NCBI GenBank assembly: GCA_013265495.1
Contig: MU061579.1
Location: 2,973,319-3,037,318 of the forward strand
Source: Vicugna vicugna
Lineage: Eukaryota
Direction of reading: 5' to 3'
Length of the DNA: 64,000 bases
In this document: positions 1-13,749 of the stretch, piece after piece
Layout: each line of letters begins with the position of its first letter
How positions within the stretch are numbered: position 1 is the first letter of the stretch
Notes under the pieces: model-generated
Told to the model about the DNA's origin: nothing
Databases searched by the model: none
What the model saw: only the letters and a program-made list of their open reading frames with translations
Position numbers and translations under genes: made by a program

Positions 1-3000
1 AGAATGAGAATTGATAAATACCATGTATGTAACTTTAAAAAGATTGAAAATAAGTTCATCTCTGCATCTCTGAGATGTTCACTAACTGAAACAAGCCACA
101 AATTTGGACCTTGTATATGTTTGAAATCTGCAAGGAAGATTCCTTGAGTGAACAACCTACTAAGAATCAACTGAATAAAGACATTTACTGCAATGAAGTG
201 TTTACAGGTGACAATTTAAACTGATTGTAGAGTGAATATATAATCCCAAGTGTGTCTTCAAAAACCAGTTGACAAGTTTCAAATGTTTTGGTTCACAATC
301 TGACATTTAGGTTACCAATTTATTTCAAATGAGCAAAGGTTAGCAAGAAACAAACAGATTTGAATTTCCTTGACAAAGGCTCCCAAGACTCATGTATCTT
401 ATTTCTTTGGCTCTTTTTAGATGTTGGTGACTTTTAATGTCTGTTCTGAGTTATTCCTTCTGCAACTTTTTCCAAAATTCACTTCACCTTAGCTGCTTGC
501 CATCACCATGTGTTTAGCTTATAATCTGAAACTGACCCCTGATTGCTTCTGAAGACCTCAATGCTTCATCAGTTATAATGACATAGAGTTGAATGTTACT
601 GAATTCTGTATTCTGAAAACCATAAAAAACAAAATAAAAACAAAAATTACTCCCCAAGGCAGTATTTTTCTAGGATAACAGTAGTGTAATATTCATATAA
701 ATAAATCATAGGAAGTAGTTCAAACTCAATACATTCATTATTTATTTACATAATAACACATATAATGAGTTATATGCATTATTATTGCATTTCAAGTTGT
801 CTGTACACTACAGCTTCAATGATTCAATGCATTCGATGTTGCTTATTGCACTTTCTGGAATCACATACACTTAATGTTAGTCAATTGAATAATTATATTG
901 ATTTATATTTCAACTCTTGATTTTGAAATATTATAAGCTATTCTGATTCAATAAACTCTTTACCTTAATAAAAAGCAATGGTGGTTTTTGTTTGTTTGCT
1001 TATTTTTGTACCTCAGTCTCAAAGATTTGAACATTTTCCACATTAGATCTATTCTGAGTTAATTCTGGGCTCCAGAAGGAAAAAGTGGCTTTCATCCCCT
1101 TGCCCCAACTTTTCACAAACCTATGCTAAAGGGCACTGCCTTGGAGAGTTATTCTGCCCTGTGGCTGTTATGTAGGTCCTGTACACTGACGTCATGTTTG
1201 CCTCTGTGATCTTGTCTTTCAAGGAACTCACAAGTAATTCTTTGTCACGTAGTACAACACCACAAGTGTAAGGTGTAATTTTCTTAATAAAAATTCATTC
1301 TTTTTAATAACCAGCGACAGATAGTGTTGTACTCTGGTCACACATCATCCAGAATTTGCTATGGACTCTCGCCTAAGACAGGTCTGAGACCTTCCTGGTG
1401 TCATCAGCACTCAAGAAATCCTTTAAGTTTTTTCCCACCGAACATTTTGAGAGACACAAAGCTTCAAAAATGTCATGTGCTTGTTATGGATAAGGGATAG
1501 ATTATTTTACATTCCAAAGACAATAAAGGACATATATCCTGGGTTCAAAATGAGAAAACCATTCTGTGCCAATTTCCTTTTGCATTTATATGAAGCACAA
1601 AATACAAATAAGTGTCTGAATCCAGAATACTTGTTTCTTTCTTTTATTTAGTTTATAAAGTCCTGTATTTTCTTTTTAATGTGAATTTACACTTTGGCCA
1701 CACAAGAATTACCTTAAAACAGAACAAAAAGACCATTTTTATGGAGTAAATGAAAGATAAGCTATAACTAGGTCAGCTTCAAGAACGACAGAATCATTCC
1801 ATTAATCACAGCTTCAGATCATTCTGTCATATACTCACAGGCTTCATTACCGTTTTCTCAGGTTAACAAAGATCAGCCAGTTGAATCCATAAATAGGATT
1901 CCCATCCACATCATTGCAAATGCACTGTCAAAGAATGTTTGCGACTATAGTCTTTAGTAAAGCAATACATATAAACAATGAAGCATCTGCTGTTCTCTTA
2001 TCAATCTAATTTATCATCACTTTCTTGCTTGCTGTGTGCAGCATTAAACCAAAAGCCACACTCATTGAGTTGTTTCAGCAATTATGAAACACATATACCA
2101 AGATCAAGAATCAATTTTATTTAATATCTCCTCGGAATTTTGATTTGTGATTTATGTTGAGTCATAAACCATTTTTGATCTATTAAGTAAAAACATATTC
2201 TGATGGCTATGATACGCCAACCTACAGATCTCAGCAAGTGCTGTATTTTGGTATGGAATGGCTGGTAGAGCGTTAAAAACGAATTTTAAATTTTGTTCAG
2301 ACAGCATTTACTATCAGCACCAAGGCTTATTTCTATAATGACAAATTTGGCATAGATTATTTTAAATCTATGAATGTTGATGGATATGCACTGCATGCAA
2401 GAAAACTGTCACTCATTTGGGTCAGTGATGTTGACCCAGATTTAACTTGAGTAAAACTAAGGAAAATAATGATGTAATTCATATTGTTATTTCCAATTAT
2501 AGTGCTTTAATATATAAATTTCACCATGCTAGACCTATTATCATTTCAAGCAATAGATTTTTTTTCCTTTTGCCATTTTCACTTAACTTCATTGGTGTGT
2601 AAATATTTTAGTTCTTTTTAGTATTTGAGCAAGTCATTATTTTACAACTGACAGACAAAACTAGTTAATATGTAGCAATGATTTTATATTTCACCATATT
2701 ATTCTAAGTATTTTCTTTGCTACTATAAAAATATCCTAAATTTAAGTATGTCTTTAAAGATATGGGACATGGATTCAAGCACTTGAATCAATATCTTAGA
2801 TTACACTTGTTTCTTTTGTCTTCTCATGAATAAGTAGTAAGAGCATTATTAAAATGACACATAATAATGAAAATCTTGAGAAAAACCAATAGATCATTCA
2901 GTCATTTCACCATGTAAACAAAGGTTACGCCTGACAGAAAGCACTATGATGGTCTCAAGATCCAAGGAATTTTTTCATTGTTTATGGAAAATAAAAATGT

Positions 3001-6000
3001 GTTCCTTCTTCAGTTTTTCTTTCTAGATTTACTCCACCATCTCTGAAGCATTAGATATAACAAACAGAAATGTAGTCCTTTTTGTAATTATGCTAAAAAA
3101 GTATGTGACAACAACAATCTAGAAAGTCAGTTGAAATTAATAATCTTCAAGAAACAAAACTTTAAAAAAACATACATTTTTCGTTTTAATAGGATGTAAT
3201 AAATAATTTTTATCATTTACATTTTATATACTTCCACAAATAGGCCATAAAATATATAAACAATAGCACTCATAATGCTAGATTTTAAATTTTTGTTTGT
3301 TTAATTTCATTCCCCATCAGATACCAGACAATGAGTTCCTTATGAACAGCAATTTTGTCATCTTCACTTTTATATTCTCAGCACCTGAAACTCTGTTCCC
3401 TGGAAGGTAGTCAGTAACATGCTTTGAGTGGATATAAGAAAACAGCAATTTCTGGTTACTGTGAGTATTGTCAACAGGAGGAGACAGATCTGAGAAGACT
3501 GGAACCATATTAGATTTGTTACAAAAGTTGAAAACAAGTATCCACTATTCAATTTCCAATAGAATGTAATGGAGAGACCCTGAGAAAACCTCTCATTTCT
3601 GCAGTCCTCCCACGACCTTCATTCCATCTGAAATTTGAGGAATCTTTGAATTTATTTTAAGCCTTTAATATAGGTTAAAATCAACATAGTTTATAATCTC
3701 CATGAGAACAGAAATGATTCAACTCCTATGTTTTTACTTCCAATATATAGAATGGTGACTGACAAATGTTAATATTTGTTGCACAAAAAGATGGATGAAC
3801 GAATGAATAAAAAAGAATATTTTATTCTTGTCATTTGGCCATATTTAGTATAAAAAACATTTGCGATTACTATGCATTGCACATTGAAGTATTAGAAAAC
3901 CATGTGTTCGTTGATGACGACAGTGCACTGACAGGGAAACAGACGTCGAATGTGGGTTAGTTTTAAGTATGGTGATGCTATTACAAGGAATACAAAGGAA
4001 AAACTGAACTCGATTCAGTGATGACTAAGTACCTAGTATGGTGTTTGATATCTTTGAAAATAATTGCAACAACATTACATAGTAAATATTTATTTCTATT
4101 TTACAGGACGCATATGCTAATAAAGCTAGGATTCTAATCATGTTCTTAAGGCTAAGTCTTTGCTAAAACACATTTTATGTTCTATAAATTACAATACCTT
4201 AAGAAATAATTGCTTCTGCTCTCCTCAAAGTCGTAATGGAATACCCAGGAGAGTCCTCATGCAGCTTGCTTTCTTTGATCTCAGATGGACACATGACTAA
4301 GCCAAATCCACCCTTACTATCTGCAAGATTTTACACTTCATCTCCTTCTTTTTCTAATTTCATACTCTATTTCAATTTTATTGTTGCTTAAAACTGGTCT
4401 TGTAGATTTAGTTAATTAATTAGGCTCATCAACGATTCAATCTGTAGAAAAATGAGAGCAAATAAGACATTACTACCAAAAAAGAATAGCTATTATTTGG
4501 GGAATAAAATAGAATTTTTAAGTAAACTAATGGGAAATGATTTAGTACTTTTCAAAATATCTATTATATATAATCAAACTTTGAATTAAAATATTGCAAC
4601 TATTTATAATTAAAGAACAGACATTTTAAACCTAACTGAAAATTAATAAATATTTTCATGACTATTCACTGATTACAGGACAAATTCATTAAAGCTTCTT
4701 TTATATTATTCTAAAGTAATATGAGAACACAAGAATACTTTTATTATTGAATAGTGTAATAGAATAAAACCACAACACATGGTTATTTTTAAATATATCA
4801 GTTAAAAAGCATCAAGACAGAGTAAGGACTCTTTTTAAAGTAATCTAATAAATGGAGTAGACATTTTCACCACCATTGTGACAATATAGGCACAAAATTG
4901 GGATTTACTGAAAGATCAGCCTGAGCTAATATGTTGGACTATTAATTACTATAGTCCTGGAAATAGTAGAACAGGTAGTCTTTTCCCACCAGATACTGCT
5001 GGGGTTGCATGAAAATCTTAAAATTTGATGTAACATTCAATTTTTTTTTGTCACATGTAAATATGTTTATAAGCATTAGGAGAAATTGCTACTTAGATTA
5101 AAAAATAATCTGTTCTGAACAGAAAAGATGAAAAAAAGCTCTATTGGATAAAAAAAATAATAGTGAAGTAAATGTTAAACATATAAGTAAGATTTATGCA
5201 AATTGGTTTAATTTTATATTTAAATGTCATTTTAAATTTCTCATTGCATAATTTAAAGTCATTAAAATGAAATAATAAATAAATGCTAGCAATATATAAT
5301 TGCAAAAGTTAAGTATCACTGTAGTAAGTCTAATTTTAGATCTTAGAGTACAAACTTTATTTTATGGCTCTTACAGAATAAGAAGAATAAATTTAGGGAA
5401 GTAAAACTCTTCTTTGGAATTGAACAGAGATTAGCTTAGAAAGGAAGATTAAATCTGAAGATTAGGAAAAAAATTCCTAACATACAATTCCTGTAAATTT
5501 TGGGAAAGACTTTTGCTAATAAAAAAAAAAAAAACCTGGGCCCACAGACCACCCAAAAGAGGTAAAAAATTGTTTAAAATCAATTTATCTGGAGAAAAGT
5601 GAACAATAAGTGCCAAGTGCCTTCAATACTAAACTATTCATTCAAAGAGATTATATCACAAATGGAAAAAGTTATGAAAATCTACAAACATAAATATGAG
5701 CTGTTAAAGTAAATCCTGTTAGCTTAATATCCTGGAAAAGTTAAGTCAGTTTTAAATATAGTATTTTAATCTTGCAAAATTCTTAGAAACAATAACTAAC
5801 ATCTGTAATGAGATCTAAATTATTATTTTGTGAGTTTTGCCCAAACTGAATTCAATAACTCTAGTGATACATTAAGAATCACTTACTGATAAGCAAATTT
5901 CTTTGGTACCTCATGAAGCCTTTTTCATGAAAGGAATAACTATATTTTTTTAATTGAAAAGGTATTAGAAATTACTCAGGGAAAGTTTTATTATTTTTCT

Positions 6001-6445
6001 TTAAAAAGTCAACCATCATGCTATTCAGAAGCCAGCAATATTCAATTATGAGCCATATATTTTATTTCAGATCAATAATTTTTAAAAATAACCATGATGA
6101 TTCTAAGAACTTCAGAATGTATAGAAAAGAAAATTTTAAAATTTGTTAAATCCTACCACTTAGAAATAATTATTGGTCACTTTTGATAGACATTGTATCT
6201 TTTATTTCTTAGTGTGTATTTACAGAAACGAAAAAACGGATAAGCCAGCCAAAGAGACAGAGATCTTCAAATAAATTTCAAAAATGTTGCAATACCATAC
6301 ATGCTAATATGATACAAATTAATTTATTTAATTTTAAGTGTAATCAAGAATAAACTAAAGTTAATATGAAGATGTTGGCAACCTTCAAATAAATAATCTT
6401 GCAATGTAGTATTCCTAAAATATCTTCTATTCTATAAGCTTGAGA

Positions 6446-6545
6446 TTTTTGGTTTTGTTTTTTGGTGTTTTTTTTGTTTGTTTTTTGTTTTTTTGGTTTG
6501 TTTGGGTTTTTTTTTTTTTTTTTGGTTTGGTTTGTTTCGGTTTTT
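6446..6545. repeat. T-rich low-complexity / degenerate (GTTTT)n tract
   Basis: Directly visible run of GTTTT/GTTT/TTTT units. It explains the Phe-rich ORF 6462-6692. Confidence 0.9.
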
Positions 6546-6649
6546 ACTCCCAGAGGCTCTACTTATTTTAAATCACACACTATATGTCATTTATTAGGTT
6601 CTGACTGTAAATATGTAGAATTAGCAAATTTGTTATTTATCTGGACTGC

Positions 6650-7420
6650 ATCTCCCTCATCTCCTAACTTTGCTTTCTTATCAATTTTATAACGTCAAAG
6701 TGTGTAATATTAACCTATTTTAACCATAATTCCTGGCATCCTTAAGTTTTGTGCTGGTATACAAATTCATTGAAGTATCAACAATTTTACTCTCCTTATG
6801 ACTTCTCCATCAATGGAACTGTTTTGATACATCTTTTAGTTTTCAGTATGTTATTATCAAATATTTTTTTCCCCTCAAGCATGGCTCATGGGCACAGTTT
6901 TCCCAGAATTCTTATTTCTGTGAGGAAGGTACCAATCCACTATTTATAAAATCTCTGGTAACTTTTTCTTTTCTTGAAAATTTTATAAGAATTTTCCACT
7001 GTTTTGAAATTGAATATTGTACTGAAAAAAATCTAAATCTAAATTCCCTTCTCTAAGTGACTTACCCATATTCTAAAAGTTGAGTAATTTCCTAAAGATA
7101 TATCTTAATATCTTAGTTTTTTTGAATAAGGTATGCCCTGTGGTTTATAAAATCATATCTATATATCTTGAAAAAATATTTCTTTATTTTGTATTTCTTG
7201 GGAAAACCTACTGTTTTTACATTGCATTCCTATCATCTACATTGCATAGAAATCATCTTATTTATAATCATTTTTTAATTATTTCTTACAATTTGAGGGG
7301 AGGGTAATTTTCTAAAATCTGCCTACTATGCTCTTCAATTTTTTTTAAAGTAATGTTTATTCTAATGCCATTGCTTAAAAAATAAATTTTGTATTTCTCC
7401 TGCAATTCTGTTCTAAACTC
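6650..7420 (-). mobile_element. HAL1-like (Half-L1) ancient LINE fragment
   Basis: GGCTCATGGGCACAGTTTTCCCAGAATTCTT, TGAATATTGTACTGAAAAAAATCT and TTCCCTTCTCTAAGTGACTT resemble the antisense HAL1 consensus as recalled. Boundaries are approximate. Confidence 0.55.
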
Positions 7421-7889
7421 TGTATTATATGTTAAAGACAAAAATAAAAAGGAACTGATGCCAGGAAATGAAGCACTAATTTGAAAGCTCACCATCATTA
7501 GGAAGTAATTAATGTGTTCCTCATTATCGAACAATCACACTAAAAGCAGCACAAAAATATGTGTCTCTATTCACTTAAAAAGATTTATTGAGCTGGTCTA
7601 ACACATAGATGGGGAATGATAGCTATTAAAACATATGCTGGATATATAACTGTATAAAAAGTTATGGCCTTGTTTTCAAGAAAGGCATAGACTGGTAATG
7701 AAATAAAGGCTTTCAATGATCATCATCCTCAGATATCTCAACATGTAGTTAAATTCTAGAAAATAACTAGAAACTTTACAATATTTCTAGTAGTCAAATT
7801 TTACATTATTTTTATATTCCCATTCCAATTATGAAATATATACTCACAAGATACATACCAGTAGCTCATTTTGACCCTCATTAGCCTTC

Positions 7890-8310
7890 CTGACTCAATA
7901 CTTAGAAATGCGACTTAGGGCAAAGTAGTTAGACTTCTCAACCTCAACTTCTTTTCTTTTTGCAAATAATGCTGATCAATTTTTCTAAAGTGCTCGATAT
8001 GCAACAGGAATTCTGCTAAGCACTGAATCATTTAGTTCTATTAATTACAAGATATATGTGCATGTGTCTGTGCGTCTGTGTAAAGTGAAACACAGAACAG
8101 ATTAAAAAGCAAGATGCCACAACTAAAAAGTGATGGAGTTGAAATTCGATTCTGTTCTTATGTAGATTTACTACTCATAATCACACTAACTCTACTAGTG
8201 GTTCCCAATGGAAAAAAAAATGCTTATAACTCGGTGAAAGAACAAAAATAAAGTGCTTGACATGTATAAATATAGTGCCTAGCATGTAGAAAATGCTCAG
8301 TAGATATTAG
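7890..8310. mobile_element. Cluster of MIR SINE fragments (+, -, +)
   Basis: A core-like GACTTAGGGCAAAGTAGTTAGACTTCTCAACCTCA, an antisense segment at about 7965-8190, and a 3'-end-like TAGTGCCTAGCATGTAGAAAATGCTCAGTAGATATTAG. Confidence 0.5.
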
Positions 8311-8589
8311 GTGCACTTAAGATTATATTTGTTACATATAAAATTTTATAAATATAGAAAAAGAGCAATAGTTGTGCATATTATTTTCAGATACTTTCTT
8401 TAGACTGCTGCAAAATTCTTAACAATAACACTATCATGAAAATTCAAACAATTCAGATAAAATGCCTATACCAGAGTTCTCATTAGGTGTTGAGTAAACA
8501 ACCAAAGAAGCATTCAAAACAAATCATTAAAATATAAAGGATTAGACAACCCAGAGTTCAAGGACTTGGAACAATGAGGATGTGGGGGC

Positions 8590-9075
8590 ATAGAAATAAT
8601 TGATATGGGAGATTGTTCTCATCGAACAAATATATAAATCAATTGAACAAAATGTGGTGAAGATAATTAAAGCCAAATTTCTCACTTCCAGAAATGGTAT
8701 TTTAAAACACAACAAGAAGAACTTTAAAATAAAACCTGACATACTGAATTAGAATTGTAGGTATTATTTCCTTATAGACAGAAGAATAAATATATGCAAA
8801 GGTATATAAATGTAAGTATATACACAAATACGTTTTTCTAGTTCTGTCCACTGAGTCTAGAGGCAATAACACTCCCATAGCAGTGAACATATTGACAGCC
8901 CTGGTCTTGATTTCAAAATGGCATCATCCACTAAATGGAGCCCATGTTCATTGGTTACATGGTTAATTATAGACCTGGATGAAGAAAAGTACAAGATGAG
9001 CCTGGAACATTGTTTTGTGCTAGAAAATATAGGAAAAATCGGGCCATTGTGCAGACGTATCAAAAGTCACACACG
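8590..9075 (+). mobile_element. L1MC-type LINE-1 3' UTR fragment
   Basis: AGCCAAATTTCTCAC, TTTCTAGTTCTGTCCACTGAG, GCAATAACACTCCCATAGCAGTGA and GAAAAGTACAAGATGAGCCTGGAACAT are typical of L1MC3/4 3' ends. Confidence 0.75.
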
Positions 9076-9187
9076 TTTCCCTGCTTACAGTATCTGAGTT
9101 ACTGGGACCCATTCTGCCTACCTGTGCTAAGCCAAGGAGAACTATTTTAGATTCTCTGTGTCAGGCATAATTCTGTTTAAAAAACTC

Positions 9188-9680
9188 TATTATCAGTAAG
9201 ATAGTGTCTGCTGACAGATAACACAAACATACCTGTAGTTGAAACCACAAGAAGTTAATTTGTCTCTCATTTAAATATCTAATACCTAATATTTAAATAT
9301 ACAAAGCTGGTGTATTGCTCTATGATGTCAGGATACTAGGTCTTTCAATCGTATTTCTTTGTTGTGCAAAGCCTACATGTGCACAACAGTCATTTCATGT
9401 CTCAGGATAGCCGGTCGTTATATCTGTATTTCAGAAAGCGAAAAAAGGGAAGAGAAGGGCTTACCCTTCTTTTAATGGCATTTTCCCCAAGTTACACTTG
9501 GGGACCTACATAAATCTTATTTGCAACAATTTGGTCATATGACCACACATAAACACTAGCGAGAATGGGGAACATATTTCATGCAACCATCCGTTGAGAG
9601 CTAAAGATAAGAATTTTATTCCTGTAGAACAATGATGAAGGTTTATATTGGCAGAGGGCAAATAACAATACCTACTCCAA
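9188..9680 (-). mobile_element. MaLR LTR, MLT1J-like
   Basis: Antisense MLT1J-type blocks: TATCTGTATTTCAGAAAGCG, CCTTCTTTTAATGGCATTTTCCCCAAGTTACAC, TTTGGTCATATGACCACAC. Confidence 0.65.
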
Positions 9681-9699
9681 CAATTATTTTTAACTCACT

Positions 9700-10651
9700 C
9701 ACATGCCCCTAATTATATAAATCATTTTCAAATCCGTAAGGTGGCGCTGAATTTCCTTTTCGTGTAGATCGTCTTGCTATTCAATCTGCTCTAACTGGGT
9801 TTCTAATTGGATTTCTCTGTATACATATCACACAGATGCCCTTCTGGGATCTTCAGTCCTGATTATCTTATTTGTTTTATTTGATCAGGTTGGTGGTTTC
9901 ATTGGGAAATGTCTGTTGTCTGAAATATTGCCAACTTTTCTCATGGGCTGATCAAATTCCTAAAGGAAACAATATTCAATGTAATTGTCTTTGAAATGCT
10001 ACTCTAATCAAGACACCTATTTTTATTTTTTTATGCTATTTAGAGACTAGATCTTCCCATCTTCTGTCATTGTTCAGAAGGGACAGAGTAACCACATACT
10101 TGGGTTTAAACTCCTTATTAAACAGGTCTTCAACAAATGCTCTTTACTTTGTAGAAATTCTCTTCACTTTTATTTCAGTCAAGTTACCATTAATTTCTGG
10201 GCCATGTAGGATTGCTGTGGTGCATATTGGATTCCTTGTCATTTTTCCCCATTTTAGGCTTAGAATTTAACTTTTCTAAGACTCCTAAATCAGTAGTAAC
10301 TTACACTGCTTTCCAGCTTCCAAGATGTTACTGCTATTATTTTCTCTGTTGTTATAGTTTTCATTGTAGATGTACCTTTAAAAACATTTCTTTTTCAAAA
10401 TTTTTTTTTAATTTTTAATTATTTATTTTTTTTTAGTGAGGGGAGGTAATCAGATTTGTTAGTTAGTTTGTTTGTTTTTAATGGAGGTGCTGGGGATTGA
10501 ACCCAGGACCTCCTACATGCTAGGCATGCACTCTACCACTGAGCTATATACCCTTCCCCCTCTAAAAATGTTTCGTACTCTTATTTTGGTGGGGTTTAGG
10601 AAATTGACTACGATAAATGTTTGTTCGATCAATCATCTTTAACCTGAAGTT
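9700..10651 (-). mobile_element. Old L1ME-type 5' UTR, interrupted by a SINE
   Basis: CTGCTTTCCAGCTTCCAAGATGTTACTGCT lies before the SINE. TTTTGGTGGGGTTT and CATCTTTAACCTGAAGT lie after it and match the antisense start of an L1ME 5' end. Confidence 0.6.
10391..10560 (-). mobile_element. tRNA-derived SINE, Vic-1-type (camelid)
   Basis: The reverse complement reads GGGG..TATAGCTCAGTGGTAGAGTGCATGCCTAGCATG..GGTCCTGGGTTCAATCCCCAGCACCTCC (A and B boxes), then ATTACCTCCCC and an A-rich tail. Degenerate TSD TTTAAAAACATTTC (10377-10390) / TCTAAAAATGTTTC (10561-10574). Confidence 0.9.
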
Positions 10652-11963
10652 AGTTTTGCTTTTTTTAAAACTAAAAATACAAAAGATACAAAACTTATTT
10701 ATATGCAATATGCATATTAATTCAAGGACCCTCATATGGTCTGAATGTCACAGTTATATATTGCATGCATTACATGAGTCATCCAAATGGAAAATACTGT
10801 CTTCCAGTTACATGAAATATGAAAAAAATACTTCATTTCTTATTTTATTCAAGAAGATTGTGATATATTTCTGTTTACTCATGTCCCATTAAGTCAGTGA
10901 CAGATTCTATTATCATCGATGGCAAACATATTACTATATTGTAATTTCCCTTGAGATGGAGAATGATCAAAACTCTTTTTAACCATCTTAAGATTTATTT
11001 ATAATCTCCTGGCAATCCTATTTTAAAAAGTTGTCAAAGATGAAGATGATTCATGACAGTTGTCCTTTATAAAAAGACAGGAGAGCCAAATGTAGTGATC
11101 TTCCCTACGATGACAAGTGTCCCTTAGTAGTACATTTCTCCATTAGTCAGAAATGCTTTTGACTCCCAGGCAATGAAGTCAGATTTAGAGTGATATAAAT
11201 AAAACAGGGCTTGTTGGAGGAATGCATCTGTGTGCCATGCTTTAGCTGCTTCCTGTGGTCATCTGTGCCACCAACACTTTTTATTTTTCTATTTCTCTAT
11301 CATTAATGTGGAGACTTGTGCCCTCTTTCTTCTGCTGAGACATCAGGACTGATTTTAGGCATAAAGAATGAGTAAAAACAAGAATCTCTTTCTTTTGGAA
11401 GCCTTGATTTATTTACTTTATCTATCATCTATCTACATATATTTATCTATGCATTTATTTACTATTTTTGAAACAGGGAGAGGCAAGCAAAAGACTTATC
11501 ATATCTCAACATATGAGCCAGAACTGGTCACAAATCTAATTTAAGATGGATCAAAATCAAAATAAATAAGATTGCTGAAACTATTTCTGAAAGTTATGGC
11601 TTATCCACTGTAAAATAGGAGTCTAGGCTCCCCACAGTTAAGTAGTAAATGCTACTCACTTTCAAGACAAATGGTGGTTTAATAAAAACAAAAAAAAGCG
11701 GAGATTATCTACTAGGGAGATAAAAGATACTGTATTTTATGAATATTTAACATAGTTTTGGAAAATAAACATAGTTTAATCTATTTAAACAGAAACAAAA
11801 TTTAATAGTGCTTTAAAACACATTAAAATGGGTGTTTTAAATAATTATTTCATTATGGGTTTTATTGTCAAAAGTTATGTGCCTCCTTCTTACCAGCATT
11901 TCATAAATACTAAAAAGAAGCAAAATATTTTACTTAAAAATATACCTCATTAACATTAGGCTT

Positions 11964-12324
11964 TACTATAGACAGAATGTTGATGTCCCACCAAAATTCA
12001 TATGTTGAAACTAATCCCCAAGGTGATGGTAATGGGAGGTGGGGTCTTTAGGAGGTGATTAGGTCATGAGAGTGGAGCCCTCATGAATGAGATTAATGCC
12101 TTTATAAAAGGACCTAGGGAGCTCCCATATCTTTTCTGCCATGTGAAATTATGGGGAGAAGATGGTTATGAACAAGGAAGTGGGTTTTCACTAGAACCAA
12201 ATCTGCCAGTGCCTTGATTCTTTGACTTCCCAGCCTCCAGAGCTGTGAGAAATAAATTTTTGTTGTCTATAAGCCATCCAGTCTATAGTTTTATGTTATA
12301 AGAACCTGTACAGGCAAAAAGACA
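11964..12324 (+). mobile_element. MaLR solo LTR, MLT1A-like, full length
   Basis: CCAAAATTCATATGTTGAAAC, TTAGGTCATGAGAGTGGAGCCCTCATGAATG, GACTTCCCAGCCTCCAGAGCTGTGAGAAATAAA, ending in GACA. 5-bp TSD GGCTT/GGCAT. Confidence 0.93.
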
Positions 12325-12566
12325 GGCATTATGAAAAATAAGTAACCAACTATAAAAAAGAAAATCTCTGTATAATTGGGGGATTGGATAGAAAAAAGCA
12401 CCATGACTTAATTATTACACCAAATATTTTACTTTTTTTACATCTGTATATCTTTATGAATTATGTTTTTCTGTTGTGACACCTGTTAAACATATTATTG
12501 AAATCACCTGAATTTAGAATTAGATTTCAAGTTATGCATTCCAAAGCATTCAAATAAGACTGTAGT

Positions 12567-12664
12567 GGGGAAGAATTTAGCTCAGTGGTAGAGTGCATTC
12601 TTAGCATGCATGAGGTCCTGGGTTCAAACCCTAGTACCTCCATTAAAAAAAATGTAAATAATAA
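12567..12664 (+). mobile_element. tRNA-derived SINE, Vic-1-type (short form)
   Basis: GGGG..TAGCTCAGTGGTAGAGTGCATTCTTAGCATGCATGAGGTCCTGGGTTCAAACCCTAGTACCTCCATTAAAAAA, containing Pol III A and B boxes and an A-rich tail. Confidence 0.9.
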
Positions 12665-13749
12665 TGAGACCTATTCAGCCAAAATTATGCTTTAAATGTA
12701 TAAAATAATAACAAAAATTATAAACTATTATTTTAGTGATAAGAATATTATGAGTATGAAATTTTTTTTCATTGAAATTATTATAAAATAGCATTTACTT
12801 ATAAAGCACATTATATAGCACAAGTTTTTCTTCTCAACTTAGACTAAAAGAAAAAAAAGAGTATCTGAAGCAAACATATCTTGAAGACTTAGTCAAAGTT
12901 TAACAAGCAATTTTGAAAGAAGAGGAGGCAGTTGATGCAAGTACTCAGAAAAGACAAAATCAGTAACCATACACTACATACTATATAAAGTAAAATTATT
13001 CTCTTTGCATTATGGGAAGAATTTTTCTAAGTCAATTAATAAAAACAAAAAGCTTTCTAAAAAATATATACAAATATGATTGTTATTAATAGCTGATTGT
13101 TCTGTTGACTTGTTACCCTGAGTCTAAAATGAATCTTAAAATAAATTACATTTATTGAAAAGATTATTTTAGGAGGCATTTTCATTTAAATTGTAACCTA
13201 AGAATTATTTTTTTATTAATGAACTATGAGCTCACTTACTTATTGTTAATGAATTCTATTAATATTAAAAGAACTATTCAGAACCTAGAAGATTAATTTT
13301 AAAATAAAATATAGAATCTCAACATGACATGTATCATGTAAGCCATTTATTTTTCATTTAAAATATTTTAGTAATATACTGGCACAAGAGTACATGAAAA
13401 TATTTCTATTTAAAGTGATTTTGAACAATTAATCATGTTTTGGTGGAATATACAGCAAAAATTCTAAATTAAACCATCAATTTCAAAAAATATCATATTT
13501 CATTTAATAAAATAAAAGCAAAGCAGAAAGGAGATCAAACAAATTACAAGATTATATACTCACTAACACTGGATTTGATACCTTTTCAACATTGTTCCCA
13601 ATTTACCATGGGAAAAAGGAGTTAGGTAACTGTGACATAGTTCTTCAAGGAAAGAAAGAATGCAGATCATCTCAGTCTCATCTCTCTGTCAAGCTGATAA
13701 TTAAACTTCTAGAAATAAGCTAGTTATAATTTACTGGAATGGGGATCCT

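Noticed and set aside
3027..3410. Two exon-like open segments with plausible acceptors (about 3027-3100 and 3321-3406)
   Set aside because: The donors are weak (AAA|GTATGT, AAG|GTAGTC) and the peptides resemble nothing I recognise. Such pseudo-exons are common in AT-rich DNA.
12567..12645. tRNA genes at the three A/B-box elements (10391, 12567, 27130)
   Set aside because: They have A-rich tails, two have recognisable TSDs and the SINE-specific ATTACCTCCCC segment, and the stems are degenerate. They are SINEs, not tRNAs.
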